Of a stretch of DNA of 64,000 nucleotides, positions 19,411-28,208 are shown one piece after another. Location of the stretch: NCBI GenBank assembly GCA_965204725.1, contig OZ242005.1, forward strand, positions 4,128,001 to 4,192,000. The letters run 5' to 3'. Below the pieces are notes generated by a model. That model worked only from the letters and a program-made list of their open reading frames with translations. It had not been told where the DNA came from and did no database searches. The stretch is from Candidatus Latescibacterota bacterium. Its GTDB lineage: Bacteria; Latescibacterota; UBA2968; UBA8231. Every line of letters begins with the position of its first letter. Position 1 is the stretch's first letter. A program made the position numbers and the translations under genes.

Positions 19411-20111
19411 GCCACATCTCCGGTCCACACCTCGCGCCGCGTCCCGTCGTCTTCGCGCAACAGCAGTTGCCCGGCCGGGCCAAAGCCCAGCACCACGCCT
19501 GTGCGCCCGCCGACAGCGACGTACTGGCCCAAGTTGGCGCAACGAGATTCCCACGCCCCACTCAGCGCAGCAAAGCCGCCTTTTTCCCAGCGCTCGATCC
19601 ACACCTGCAAATGCGCCAGTAGCTCGTCCAATGCCCCCTCCACCTCGCGCTCGGCTCCGGTCTCGATCCTCAGCGAGGTGGCGGGCTGGGCGATGGACGC
19701 GGCCTCGTCGGCATCCATGTTGACGTTGAGGCCGATTCCGAGGACGACCCCTGTACAGCGCTCGGCTAAAATGCCGCAAATTTTGCGCCCCCCCACGAGC
19801 ACATCGTTGGGCCACTTGGTCTGAGCCACCAAGCCATTTTCTTCGAGATAGGCAGCCACGCCCAAAGCAGCGGCTTGGGGCAGCGACAGGAACTGCAACG
19901 GCGACGCATCGCTCCGCAACAGCACGGAAAAGGTCAAGTTGCGGCCGGGCCGAGCGAGCCACCGTCGCTCATAGCGGCCCCGGCCAGCGGTCTGGGAACG
20001 GGCAGCCAACACGAAGCCAGCGGGCAGGTTGCGGCCCGTGCGCAGCCACTGGACCAAGGTCGTATTGGTCGAGGGCAATTCGTCGTGCCACTGGGGTTTT
20101 TGGAATCGCAT
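19407..20111 (-). CDS. birA: Biotin--protein ligase (no N-terminal HTH)
   Basis: STN, QTAGRGR, KWPNDV, KICGIL and GIGLNV motifs. Confidence 0.92.
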   Translation of the reverse strand: MRFQKPQWHDELPSTNTTLVQWLRTGRNLPAGFVLAARSQTAGRGRYERRWLARPGRNLTFSVLLRSDASPLQFLSLPQAAALGVAAYLEENGLVAQTKWPNDVLVGGRKICGILAERCTGVVLGIGLNVNMDADEAASIAQPATSLRIETGAEREVEGALDELLAHLQVWIERWEKGGFAALSGAWESRCANLGQYVAVGGRTGVVLGFGPAGQLLLREDDGTRREVWTGDVA

Positions 20112-20164
20112 CGTTTTATAAAAATAACGTACAGGACGAAGGCCAAGTGCTGGGACGCTCGCCA

Positions 20165-20192
20165 TTGACCATTAGATGCGCCTTGGTATCTT
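20165..20192 (+). promoter_or_regulatory. Possible extended -10 sigma70 promoter for phoX
   Basis: TTGACC-N16-TATCTT with TG just upstream of the -10 box. Confidence 0.35.
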
Positions 20193-20246
20193 TGTACAAG
20201 TCCCTTCCAGCCGGTCTCACGCCTTTTAGCTATCGGAGCCAATCCC

Positions 20247-21611
20247 ATGCCTGTTTCTAGACGCCAATTCCTCAAAAGTGCCGCCGCCGTTTCCATCGGC
20301 TTTGCCGGCCTCCATCGCCACCTTGCTTGGGGCGATTCAGCGCTCGAAAACCGCTTTGGGCCGCTCGTGCGCGACCCCGAAGGCATCCTCGACCTGCCCG
20401 AGGGATTTAGCTATCGGATTCTCTCGCGCATCGGCGACGCCATGGACGACGGCCTGCGGGTGCCGGGCAAAGCCGACGGGATGGCCGCTTTTCCCGGGGC
20501 CGAGGGCCGCGTCGTTTTGGTGCGCAACCACGAGCTGGGCAGCGGGGAGCGGGAGGCCGGTGCCTTTGGCGACGCCAACGAGGCGTTGGACAAACTGCCC
20601 AAAGAAGACCTGTACGACTGGGGGCACGGCGAGATGCCGGGCTTGGGCGGCACCACAACCGTCGTGTACAACCCGCAAACCGGCAAAGTGGAGCGGGAAT
20701 TTCTCAGCTTGGCCGGCACGGCGGTCAACTGCGCTGGCGGGCCGACCCCGTGGCATAGCTGGGTTAGCTGCGAAGAGACGACCCAGCGGATGGACGAGCC
20801 GATCGCAAAAGACCACGGCTACAACTTCGAGGTCCCCGCGACCGCAGCAATCCGCCGCGCCGCGCCGGTGCCGCTCAAGGCCATGGGGCGCTTCAAGCAC
20901 GAGGCCATCGCCGTTGATCCCCGCTCGGGCATCGTCTATCAGACCGAAGATACCGAAGATGGCTTGATCTACCGCTACATCCCCGACGCCCCGGGCAACC
21001 TAACGGCTGGGCGGCTGCAAGCCTTGGCCGTAATCGACCATCCGAGCTTGGATACCCGCAACTGGGAAAAAGAGCGGGTGCGCCGAGGCGAGCCGCTCGC
21101 CGTGCGCTGGGTCGATATAGAAAACGTCGAGTCGCCGGACGACGATTTGCGCCTTCAGGGCTTTGACGGCAAGGGCTGTGCCCGCTTTGCCCGCGGCGAG
21201 GGCATGTGGTATGGACGCGAGGCGATTTACTTTGCTTGCACTAGCGGCGGCCGCCAAAAGAAAGGGCAGATCTTCCGCTACCAGCCTAGCCCTGATGAGA
21301 GCGAGGCACCAGGGACGCTCGAACTGTTCGTCGAGCCAAACGACGGCGACCTAGTCGACAACGCCGACAACCTCACGGTCTCGCCTTTTGGCGATTTAAT
21401 CGTCTGCGAGGACGGCGGCGGGGACAACAACTTGGTCGGCGTAACGCCCGCCGGCCAAATCTACCGCTTCGGGCACAATCGCATGAACAAATCCGAATTC
21501 GCCGGCGCGACCTTCTCCCCCGACGGGCAAGTGCTCTTCGTCAATATCCAGCACCCCGGAACCACACTAGCCATCTACGGGCCTTGGGATCAGCGGCGGT
21601 CCGACGGTTAG
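20247..21611 (+). CDS. phoX: PhoX-family alkaline phosphatase (DUF839) with Tat signal
   Basis: SRRQFLK Tat motif, RNHE, NCAGGPTPW...CEE, MGRFKHEA, DNL...CED, FVNIQHPG. Confidence 0.88.
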   Translation: MPVSRRQFLKSAAAVSIGFAGLHRHLAWGDSALENRFGPLVRDPEGILDLPEGFSYRILSRIGDAMDDGLRVPGKADGMAAFPGAEGRVVLVRNHELGSGEREAGAFGDANEALDKLPKEDLYDWGHGEMPGLGGTTTVVYNPQTGKVEREFLSLAGTAVNCAGGPTPWHSWVSCEETTQRMDEPIAKDHGYNFEVPATAAIRRAAPVPLKAMGRFKHEAIAVDPRSGIVYQTEDTEDGLIYRYIPDAPGNLTAGRLQALAVIDHPSLDTRNWEKERVRRGEPLAVRWVDIENVESPDDDLRLQGFDGKGCARFARGEGMWYGREAIYFACTSGGRQKKGQIFRYQPSPDESEAPGTLELFVEPNDGDLVDNADNLTVSPFGDLIVCEDGGGDNNLVGVTPAGQIYRFGHNRMNKSEFAGATFSPDGQVLFVNIQHPGTTLAIYGPWDQRRSDG

Positions 21612-21836
21612 CTCTTCACCGAGTCCGGCAGGCGATACAGCGCTGTGTAGTATTCGGCACAGCGTCTTCTTTCAGCACAAGCGGGTCCTCTCTGAAAATT
21701 TGGCTTGCGAAGCGCTGGTACGCCAATTGCAAGAGTTTTGGACCGGCTGCCTCGGCGAGTTATATTTTTTCGTGCGAGGGGAAGATCGACAAATGCTGGT
21801 AAATCCAAAACCTCTAATGCGAAGGGATTTATATAA

Positions 21837-24431
21837 TTGACGACCCTGTTTGACGATCTAAAGCAATCCGCTCTCGACTGGCGCAAGGGCGGATATACTT
21901 GTGATGAACATCCACTTATAGGCGAAATCCTCGCCTACCAGATGGAGGTGCAGGAAGGTGCGCCTGTCCTCAAGTTTCTGCGCGAACCCCAGTTTCTCGC
22001 CCTTGAGGTGTACTGGTATGTCCGGCTCAAACTGAAAACTCCCCGTATCATAGCTCTTTACAAGCATTACTACGGGGGAGATAAAAAGACCTTTTTTGAT
22101 ACGCTTGGCGTTCCAATGTCAAGGGATGCTTTGGAGTGGGCAGAAATAGATGGGGTCATTGAGAAAGTCAAAAGCGATCCAGACTTTGTCGCTGAAAAGA
22201 AAATTCAGGCATTGCACGAGGCGGCGATGCTGGACTATCCGAGTTACATTCTCGCCTTGGCCATGGGTGCCGGAAAAACCGTGCTAATCGGAACGATTAT
22301 CGCCACTGAGTTTGCCATGTCCCTGCGCTATCCCAACGGCCATTTTATGAAAAACGCCCTTGTGTTTGCGCCCGGCACGACGATTATAGAATCCTTGCGC
22401 GAACTTAGCGATATGCCTTATGAAAACATTCTGCCGCCCGATCTCTATCGAGATTTTGCCGCCAATTTGAAAATTGAGTATCCGAGCAACGAAAAGGACA
22501 TACAGGCTCAGACCAGCAGTAGTTACAACCTGATCATCACCAACACCGAAAAAATCAGTCTGCGAGCGAGGCGGAGAAGCAATCAGACCGAACTGGATTT
22601 CAAGGAAAAGGAACTGCAAGCGAACTTGAGGTTGCAAAAAATCGCCAGCCTGCCGAACCTCGGCGTCTTCTCCGATGAGGCGCACCACACTTATGGCAAC
22701 ACCTTCAACAAGCTAAAGCGGGTGCGGGAAACCATCAACTACATCCACGAGCAAACTTCTATCGTAGCCGTAGTCAATACCACCGGAACGCCTTATTACA
22801 AAAAACAGTATCTGAAAGAGGTCATTGTCTGGTACGGACTTGGAGACGGTATCAAGGATAACATTCTCAAAAACCTCAACGACGGGATTCACCAATACAA
22901 CATTGGCAAGCAGTCGGAACAGAGCGTGTTCAACGACATCATCCGAGAGTTTTTCAATCAGTATGGCAATGTCTCGCTTCCCAATGGGGCAAAGGCGAAA
23001 GTTGCCTTTTACTTTAAGACACAGGATCACTTAGACGATTCGCGTCCTTGGATTGAGCAGGCCATGACGGGAATGGGCGAAAGCGTCTCTCAGATATTGG
23101 TCAATACCCAGCAATCAAGCTCGAAGGAAGTGGATGAGTTTAAGCGTCTCAACAACCCGACTAACCAGAAGCGCGTGATTCTTCTGATTGGCAAAGGCGT
23201 CGAAGGATGGAACTGTCCGAGCCTGTTTGCCTGTGCGCTCATCAAAGAGCAGACGACGAGCAACAATTATGTTTTGCAGGCGGCGACCCGGTGCCTGCGA
23301 CAAGTGCCGGGAAACGGGCACTCGGCAAAGGTATTTCTCGATTACGGCAATGTGCGGACCCTAGACAAAGAACTGAAAGACAATTTTGGTACCGACCTCG
23401 ATCTGCTTAGCGCGGCATCGGGAGATAAAGAGACCGTAACACTGCGTATTGTAAAAACGGAACTGCCCAAACTGGAAATCACTCGGACGATTAAGCGGGC
23501 TATCCGCACTGAAAAACCAAGCGACAATCTTACCTTGAACAAACCAGAGCCGCAAGAAGCTCCTGTAGTACTCCGCAGCATTCTGACGCCGGATTTCAGC
23601 GGGCCGCGGGAAATTCTAATGCCAACTGGAGACACCAAGGAACTGCCGGCCGTAGCGGAAATGACAGGTTGCCATGCTGCCGCTTGGAAAATCGCCTCGC
23701 GCTACCATCTGCCGGTGATACCAATTCTGAAGAAGCTCAACAGCTTATATCCCGAAGGTGAAATGCCGAATACTCATTTATACGGGCTGTTTCAGCAGGT
23801 TGAAGAGCAGCAGGCGAACTACGAGACTGTGGAAGAAAAAGTTACTGAGGCGATGGCCTTAATTCGGGTTCAGGATGAGAACGGAATGGATCTCTTTGAA
23901 AAGGACGAGGACGGCGTTTACGTCCACCACTTGCGTCTGCTCAGGCGAACTTATGACCGGATGAGAAACGGCGGGCTGTTTGCTGACTGCGATGAGTATG
24001 CAGACGATCACGACTTGAGCTTCCACTACATGCCGTACAACTTCGACAGTGAACCGGAGCGTTCCTTCTTCCGGCAGATTTTGTCCGTGCTCAATACAGA
24101 CTCCGGCGATGTGAGGGCGTTTCTGTTCACGGGTGGCTTGACCGATCCTAAAAAGACCGACTTTCATTTTGAATACATGGGTGAGGACAAGCGATACCAC
24201 CGCTATTTCCCCGACTTTGTCATTGTCAAGAAGACGGGCGAATTTTATATTGTCGAGGTCAAGGCTGAGAGTGAGCGCGGCGACAGGACGGTGGAAGCAA
24301 AGAGAAAGGCCGTGGAGCGGTTACAGAATATGCAGCCGGATAAATTCAAATATAACGTCGTTTATACTCAGGCTGCTGCGATAAGCGCGGAGCAAATCAA
24401 ACCAATTGCCGATTGGATAAACTCACAATAA
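21837..24431 (+). CDS. Type III restriction enzyme Res subunit (SF2 helicase + PD-(D/E)xK nuclease)
   Basis: AMGAGKT, DEAH, EGWN and QAATRCLR motifs; C-terminal YFPDFVI...VEVKA; co-oriented with a Mod gene. Confidence 0.85.
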   Translation: MTTLFDDLKQSALDWRKGGYTCDEHPLIGEILAYQMEVQEGAPVLKFLREPQFLALEVYWYVRLKLKTPRIIALYKHYYGGDKKTFFDTLGVPMSRDALEWAEIDGVIEKVKSDPDFVAEKKIQALHEAAMLDYPSYILALAMGAGKTVLIGTIIATEFAMSLRYPNGHFMKNALVFAPGTTIIESLRELSDMPYENILPPDLYRDFAANLKIEYPSNEKDIQAQTSSSYNLIITNTEKISLRARRRSNQTELDFKEKELQANLRLQKIASLPNLGVFSDEAHHTYGNTFNKLKRVRETINYIHEQTSIVAVVNTTGTPYYKKQYLKEVIVWYGLGDGIKDNILKNLNDGIHQYNIGKQSEQSVFNDIIREFFNQYGNVSLPNGAKAKVAFYFKTQDHLDDSRPWIEQAMTGMGESVSQILVNTQQSSSKEVDEFKRLNNPTNQKRVILLIGKGVEGWNCPSLFACALIKEQTTSNNYVLQAATRCLRQVPGNGHSAKVFLDYGNVRTLDKELKDNFGTDLDLLSAASGDKETVTLRIVKTELPKLEITRTIKRAIRTEKPSDNLTLNKPEPQEAPVVLRSILTPDFSGPREILMPTGDTKELPAVAEMTGCHAAAWKIASRYHLPVIPILKKLNSLYPEGEMPNTHLYGLFQQVEEQQANYETVEEKVTEAMALIRVQDENGMDLFEKDEDGVYVHHLRLLRRTYDRMRNGGLFADCDEYADDHDLSFHYMPYNFDSEPERSFFRQILSVLNTDSGDVRAFLFTGGLTDPKKTDFHFEYMGEDKRYHRYFPDFVIVKKTGEFYIVEVKAESERGDRTVEAKRKAVERLQNMQPDKFKYNVVYTQAAAISAEQIKPIADWINSQ
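24395..24427 (+). repeat. Direct repeat copy 1 (3' end of res)
   Basis: aatcaaaccaattgccgattggataaactcaca; 32/33 identical to 25521-25553. Confidence 0.9.
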
Positions 24432-24437
24432 GGAGGT

Positions 24438-24851
24438 ATGAACGTGAAAATCTATCATTTATTTATTAGCCATTCTTGGGCACATGCTGACGCATACAAC
24501 AATTTGGTCAACCTATTGGATCAAGCCAGTAGGTTCCGTTATCATAACTACTCTATCCCCAAATATGATCCAGTGCATGTTGGCACAGACAAAGAGCTGT
24601 CCAAGGCAATCCATGATCAAATGCAGCCGTGTGGCATCGTCATCGTTCTAGCGGGTGTATATGCCAGTTACAGCAAATGGATAGACAAGGAGATTAAAAT
24701 TGCTAGAAGTAGCTTTTCGAGACCAAAACCTATTCTAGCCATAGAACCTTGGGGGAGCGAGAAAACCTCTTCGGTCGTCAAGGAAAGTGCAAACCAGATC
24801 GTTGGATGGAATACCAGAAGCATCGTCTCGGCAATAAGGGAGCTAGCGTAA
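24438..24851 (+). CDS. Thoeris ThsB-like (MTH538/DUF1863) TIR-domain protein 1
   Basis: LFISHSW, VIVLAGVYASYSKWIDKEI with the putative catalytic Glu, KPILAI, VGWNT; AGGAGG RBS. Confidence 0.88.
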   Translation: MNVKIYHLFISHSWAHADAYNNLVNLLDQASRFRYHNYSIPKYDPVHVGTDKELSKAIHDQMQPCGIVIVLAGVYASYSKWIDKEIKIARSSFSRPKPILAIEPWGSEKTSSVVKESANQIVGWNTRSIVSAIRELA

Positions 24852-24919
24852 TGGACGAAAGAAGCAGTAATTCCCTAGCAGCAATAGGGCACACTCTGAC
24901 AACATAGATAGATTGAGAT

Positions 24920-25450
24920 ATGGGTGAGAGTACAACAACATCGTCTGGTGACTCCTATATCAAAGATAGGGTCGAAGATCAGATTCAGTACTTTGACCAG
25001 AAAGCGAGCAAGAACCAGAAATGGTATCGCTTCCTAAAGAAGACGGCCGTCGTCTCCAATATCCTCACGACAATGACCATCGCTGTCGCGTTTACCGTGC
25101 CTGACGACTACAAGGTTTGGATGGGGATCGGTGCTCTTGTTCTATCGACGCTCGTCCTAGCAACGTATCAATGGGAAGAATTTGCGAACTACGGAGCGAA
25201 GTGGGAGAGATTCCGTCTTGTCGCTGAGCTACTCAAGTCAGAAAAGTTCCTGTACAAGCATCAAGCAGGCCCCTACGCATCCGGCGATGAAAAGGGTCGT
25301 CACCGTTATCTTGTTGAAACCGTAGAGGCTATTATCCGTGGGACCGATATTTCCTACTTCTCTCTTATGGTTGACCCTGGGCGCAGGATTGAGCAACGAC
25401 TTGGACAAGGTAGCAATATCCGAGAAGCTGCTGAATCGACCGATGCTTAA
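24920..25450 (+). CDS. SLATT/DUF4231 two-TM membrane effector
   Basis: YIKDRVEDQIQYFDQKASKNQKWY, two TM helices, W..FR..AE.LKSEKFLY...AGPY. Confidence 0.82.
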   Translation: MGESTTTSSGDSYIKDRVEDQIQYFDQKASKNQKWYRFLKKTAVVSNILTTMTIAVAFTVPDDYKVWMGIGALVLSTLVLATYQWEEFANYGAKWERFRLVAELLKSEKFLYKHQAGPYASGDEKGRHRYLVETVEAIIRGTDISYFSLMVDPGRRIEQRLGQGSNIREAAESTDA

Positions 25451-25520
25451 CATAGCTCGGGCACCGGGGGTTTTCAGACAGCTTCTATAGAGTAATTAGG
25501 AGACAGATATTTTCCAAAAG

Positions 25521-25553
25521 AATCAAACCAATTGCTGATTGGATAAACTCACA
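25521..25553 (+). repeat. Direct repeat copy 2 (duplicate of the res 3' end, intergenic)
   Basis: aatcaaaccaattgctgattggataaactcaca, followed like copy 1 by GGAGGT and a TIR start. Confidence 0.9.
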
Positions 25554-25567
25554 GAGAGGAGGTAGCC

Positions 25568-25936
25568 ATGAACCTATTTATTAGCCATTCTTGGAACTAC
25601 TCAGGCGACTATTGGAGGTTAAAATCACTATTGGAAAACAGAGGATATTTTAATTTCAGAAACTACTCTGTGGAAAGTGATGAACCCAAAAATAATTGGG
25701 CAGAGATAGAGAACAATATTAAATGGTGTAGCACTGTTATTGTTATTGCAGGTGTGTATGCCAGTTATAGCCCATCTATAAAAAAAGAGATACGGCTAGC
25801 CAAAAGACATTTCAAGCCTACACTCGCCATAATTCCTTGGGGAAGTGGTAGAGCATCAGACTTAAGGAATGAATGTGACCGTGTTGTGGGATGGAACACC
25901 GAAAGCATTGTCTCAGCAATAAGGGAGTTGACCTAA
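25568..25936 (+). CDS. Thoeris ThsB-like TIR-domain protein 2
   Basis: LFISHSW, VIAGVYASYSPSIKKEI, KPTLAI, VGWNTESIVSAIREL; clear paralog of TIR 1. Confidence 0.85.
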   Translation: MNLFISHSWNYSGDYWRLKSLLENRGYFNFRNYSVESDEPKNNWAEIENNIKWCSTVIVIAGVYASYSPSIKKEIRLAKRHFKPTLAIIPWGSGRASDLRNECDRVVGWNTESIVSAIRELT

Positions 25937-26394
25937 TGGACAAAAATAGACAGGAACTTTTAGAAATTTATAAACTCCATGCCGAACTTGCGGACAGGGT
26001 GAGTCAAAGACGGGAAGGAGCAAACAGACTCTTTGTAAGCCTACTGACGGGCACACTAATTTTTCTCGCCGCTTTTTTGAGATACGGCACCGAGACCATG
26101 CCTGTAGGTGCAATTTTGACCGCCGTTAGTATTTTTGGAATTTTTCTTTCCGCAGCATGGTATATCGCTATCCGATCCTATCGTCAACTTAACTCAGGAA
26201 AGTTTGCTGCTTTACACGAATTAGAAGAAAAACTCGCCTATCCCTTTTTTAGGCGTGAATGGGAATTATTAGAAGAAGGCAAGAAGCGAAGTAGTTACTG
26301 GAAGCTTACCATTGTTGAAACCTTCCTTCCCATTGCCTTTTTTATCTTTCATATCGCTCTAATTATCGTCTCTGTTATTTTCTACCATCTGTAG
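25936..26394 (+). CDS. Small 3-TM membrane protein (resembles RipA-family octameric membrane proteins), putative effector
   Basis: TAATG overlap with TIR 2; YKL..E.ADRVSQRR..AN, W...I.SYRQLNSGKF...E..L...PF..EW; three hydrophobic helices. Family name recalled from memory. Confidence 0.7.
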   Translation: MDKNRQELLEIYKLHAELADRVSQRREGANRLFVSLLTGTLIFLAAFLRYGTETMPVGAILTAVSIFGIFLSAAWYIAIRSYRQLNSGKFAALHELEEKLAYPFFRREWELLEEGKKRSSYWKLTIVETFLPIAFFIFHIALIIVSVIFYHL

Positions 26395-26411
26395 ATAAGG
26401 GTAAAAATCAA

Positions 26412-28148
26412 ATGAAAACCTCGCTCAAAGTCGCCCCGCTCAAAGGTCGCCCGATGCTCCATTGGGTCGGCAAGAAACCGCTAGACGTCGTGCGGCATTT
26501 TCCAGCGCAGTTGTGTGAGACGGTGGAAGTTGACGATCCGCCGGCTGAACCATCCTACAAGGAATTTGCCAAGAGCAGTTACAACCTGCTGTTTCACGGC
26601 GATAACAAGGAGATTCTCTCTTCGCTGTTGATTGCCGGGTTCCGGGGCAAGATTGATCTGATTTATATCGACCCGCCGTTTGATTCCGCCGCGGATTACG
26701 TCCGCAAAGTCAGGTTGCGCGGGCAATCCAAAACGCTCAAAGGCGAGGGACATACTTCTATCGAGCAGACGCAATACGAGGATATTTGGGCGAATGACAA
26801 TTACTTGCAGTTCGTGTATGAACGGTTGATTCTACTGCGGGAATTACTGAGCGACAAGGGGGTTCTCTATCTGCATTGTGACTGGCACAAAAGCCATCAC
26901 CTACGGTTTTTGTTGGACGAGGTATTCGGCGTAGAGAATTTCGGAAATGAGATAATATGGAGCTACCGAAGATGGCCTTCTAAAACCAATAACTTCCAAT
27001 CTATGCACGATACCTTGCTTTGCTACTCAAAAGAATTGAAGCGTCACATTTTTAACCAAATGTATGAAGATCCTTCCGATAGCTACATACAGAGATTTGG
27101 AGGGAAAACGCAAATACTAGATGAGAAGACTGGCACTAGAAAAATAACGATGGAAGAGGATACAAAAGGTATGCCAATGCGCGACGTCTGGGATATTCCG
27201 ATAATCGCCGGATTCAAAAATGAACGAACCGACTTCCCAACCCAAAAACCCGAGGCCCTGTTAGAGCGCATCATCAAAGCCTCCAGTAATGAAGGCTCCA
27301 TCGTCCTTGACTGCTTTTGCGGCTCCGGCACCACCGCCGCTGTTGCAGAAAAGCTAGGCCGTCGCTGGATCGTGGCAGATTTGAACAAGGGCGCGATTCA
27401 GACTACCATCAAGCGGCTACAGAAAATCATCAACCAAAAAAACGGCGACTTGATAGAGAACGGCCGCGGCTTCATTCACTACCGGGTCAACAACTACGAC
27501 TTCGCCAAACAAAACGGACTCAAGAAAATTATCATCTCTAAGTACGGCATCCAAAAAGACAATGGCGACCTGTTTTTCGACGGCATAGTCGGCGGCAAGT
27601 TGGCGAAAATCATTGACCTGAACAGGCCGTTGAACCGGATGGATATCCAGATTATCAAAGATGAAATTGCCCACAATCGCCTGGACGAAACGCGGGATAT
27701 TGCCGTTTTCTGCAACGGCTCTGAAATGGACATCATTGACGAAATCGCCCAAGAGAGAAGCCCGATCAACAAAATCACGATCTGCGACATTCAGCAGGAC
27801 GGCGTGACAACAGACCAGCCCGCTGAGGCCGATGTGCAAATCGCTAAGAAAGGCAAAAAAGCGACGATAAAAATTGCCGACTACATTAGCCCTGCCATTC
27901 TGGCGAGAATGGAAATCGACAGAACGTTCTTTAACGAACAAATTGGCGACTTCCGAGCGCAGATCGACTACATTCTGATTGACACCGACTACAACGGCGA
28001 GAATTTCAACATCGTGAAAAACGATCTGCCGCAGCGGCGATCTGGTTTTATCGAAGGGGAATACGAACTGACGCTCCCCCGCGCCGGCGCAAAAGTCGCG
28101 GTCAAGATCGTAGATATGCTGGGCGAGGAAGTTATTGTGGTCGAGTAG
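26412..28148 (+). CDS. Type III R-M Mod subunit, N6-adenine DNA methyltransferase
   Basis: IYIDPPF catalytic motif, FPTQKPEALLERII, SAM-binding LDCFCGSGTT, C-terminal VKIVDMLGEE. Confidence 0.92.
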   Translation: MKTSLKVAPLKGRPMLHWVGKKPLDVVRHFPAQLCETVEVDDPPAEPSYKEFAKSSYNLLFHGDNKEILSSLLIAGFRGKIDLIYIDPPFDSAADYVRKVRLRGQSKTLKGEGHTSIEQTQYEDIWANDNYLQFVYERLILLRELLSDKGVLYLHCDWHKSHHLRFLLDEVFGVENFGNEIIWSYRRWPSKTNNFQSMHDTLLCYSKELKRHIFNQMYEDPSDSYIQRFGGKTQILDEKTGTRKITMEEDTKGMPMRDVWDIPIIAGFKNERTDFPTQKPEALLERIIKASSNEGSIVLDCFCGSGTTAAVAEKLGRRWIVADLNKGAIQTTIKRLQKIINQKNGDLIENGRGFIHYRVNNYDFAKQNGLKKIIISKYGIQKDNGDLFFDGIVGGKLAKIIDLNRPLNRMDIQIIKDEIAHNRLDETRDIAVFCNGSEMDIIDEIAQERSPINKITICDIQQDGVTTDQPAEADVQIAKKGKKATIKIADYISPAILARMEIDRTFFNEQIGDFRAQIDYILIDTDYNGENFNIVKNDLPQRRSGFIEGEYELTLPRAGAKVAVKIVDMLGEEVIVVE

Positions 28149-28208
28149 CTGTGTGAAGCGGTCCGAAAGGTCTTTAAGGTGAGAAAGTTTCTGGTAGATT
28201 GACCTCTT

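Noticed and set aside
21608-21886. 92-aa minus-strand ORF between phoX and res
   Set aside because: Overlaps the res start, has no motif, and lies in likely promoter DNA.
24395-25553. 33-bp direct repeats as a CRISPR array or IS target duplication
   Set aside because: Only two copies about 1.1 kb apart, one coding for the res C-terminus; no cas or transposase genes.
24438-26394. Canonical Thoeris type I/II or CBASS call
   Set aside because: No SIR2-SLOG or TM-macro ThsA and no CD-NTase in the window.
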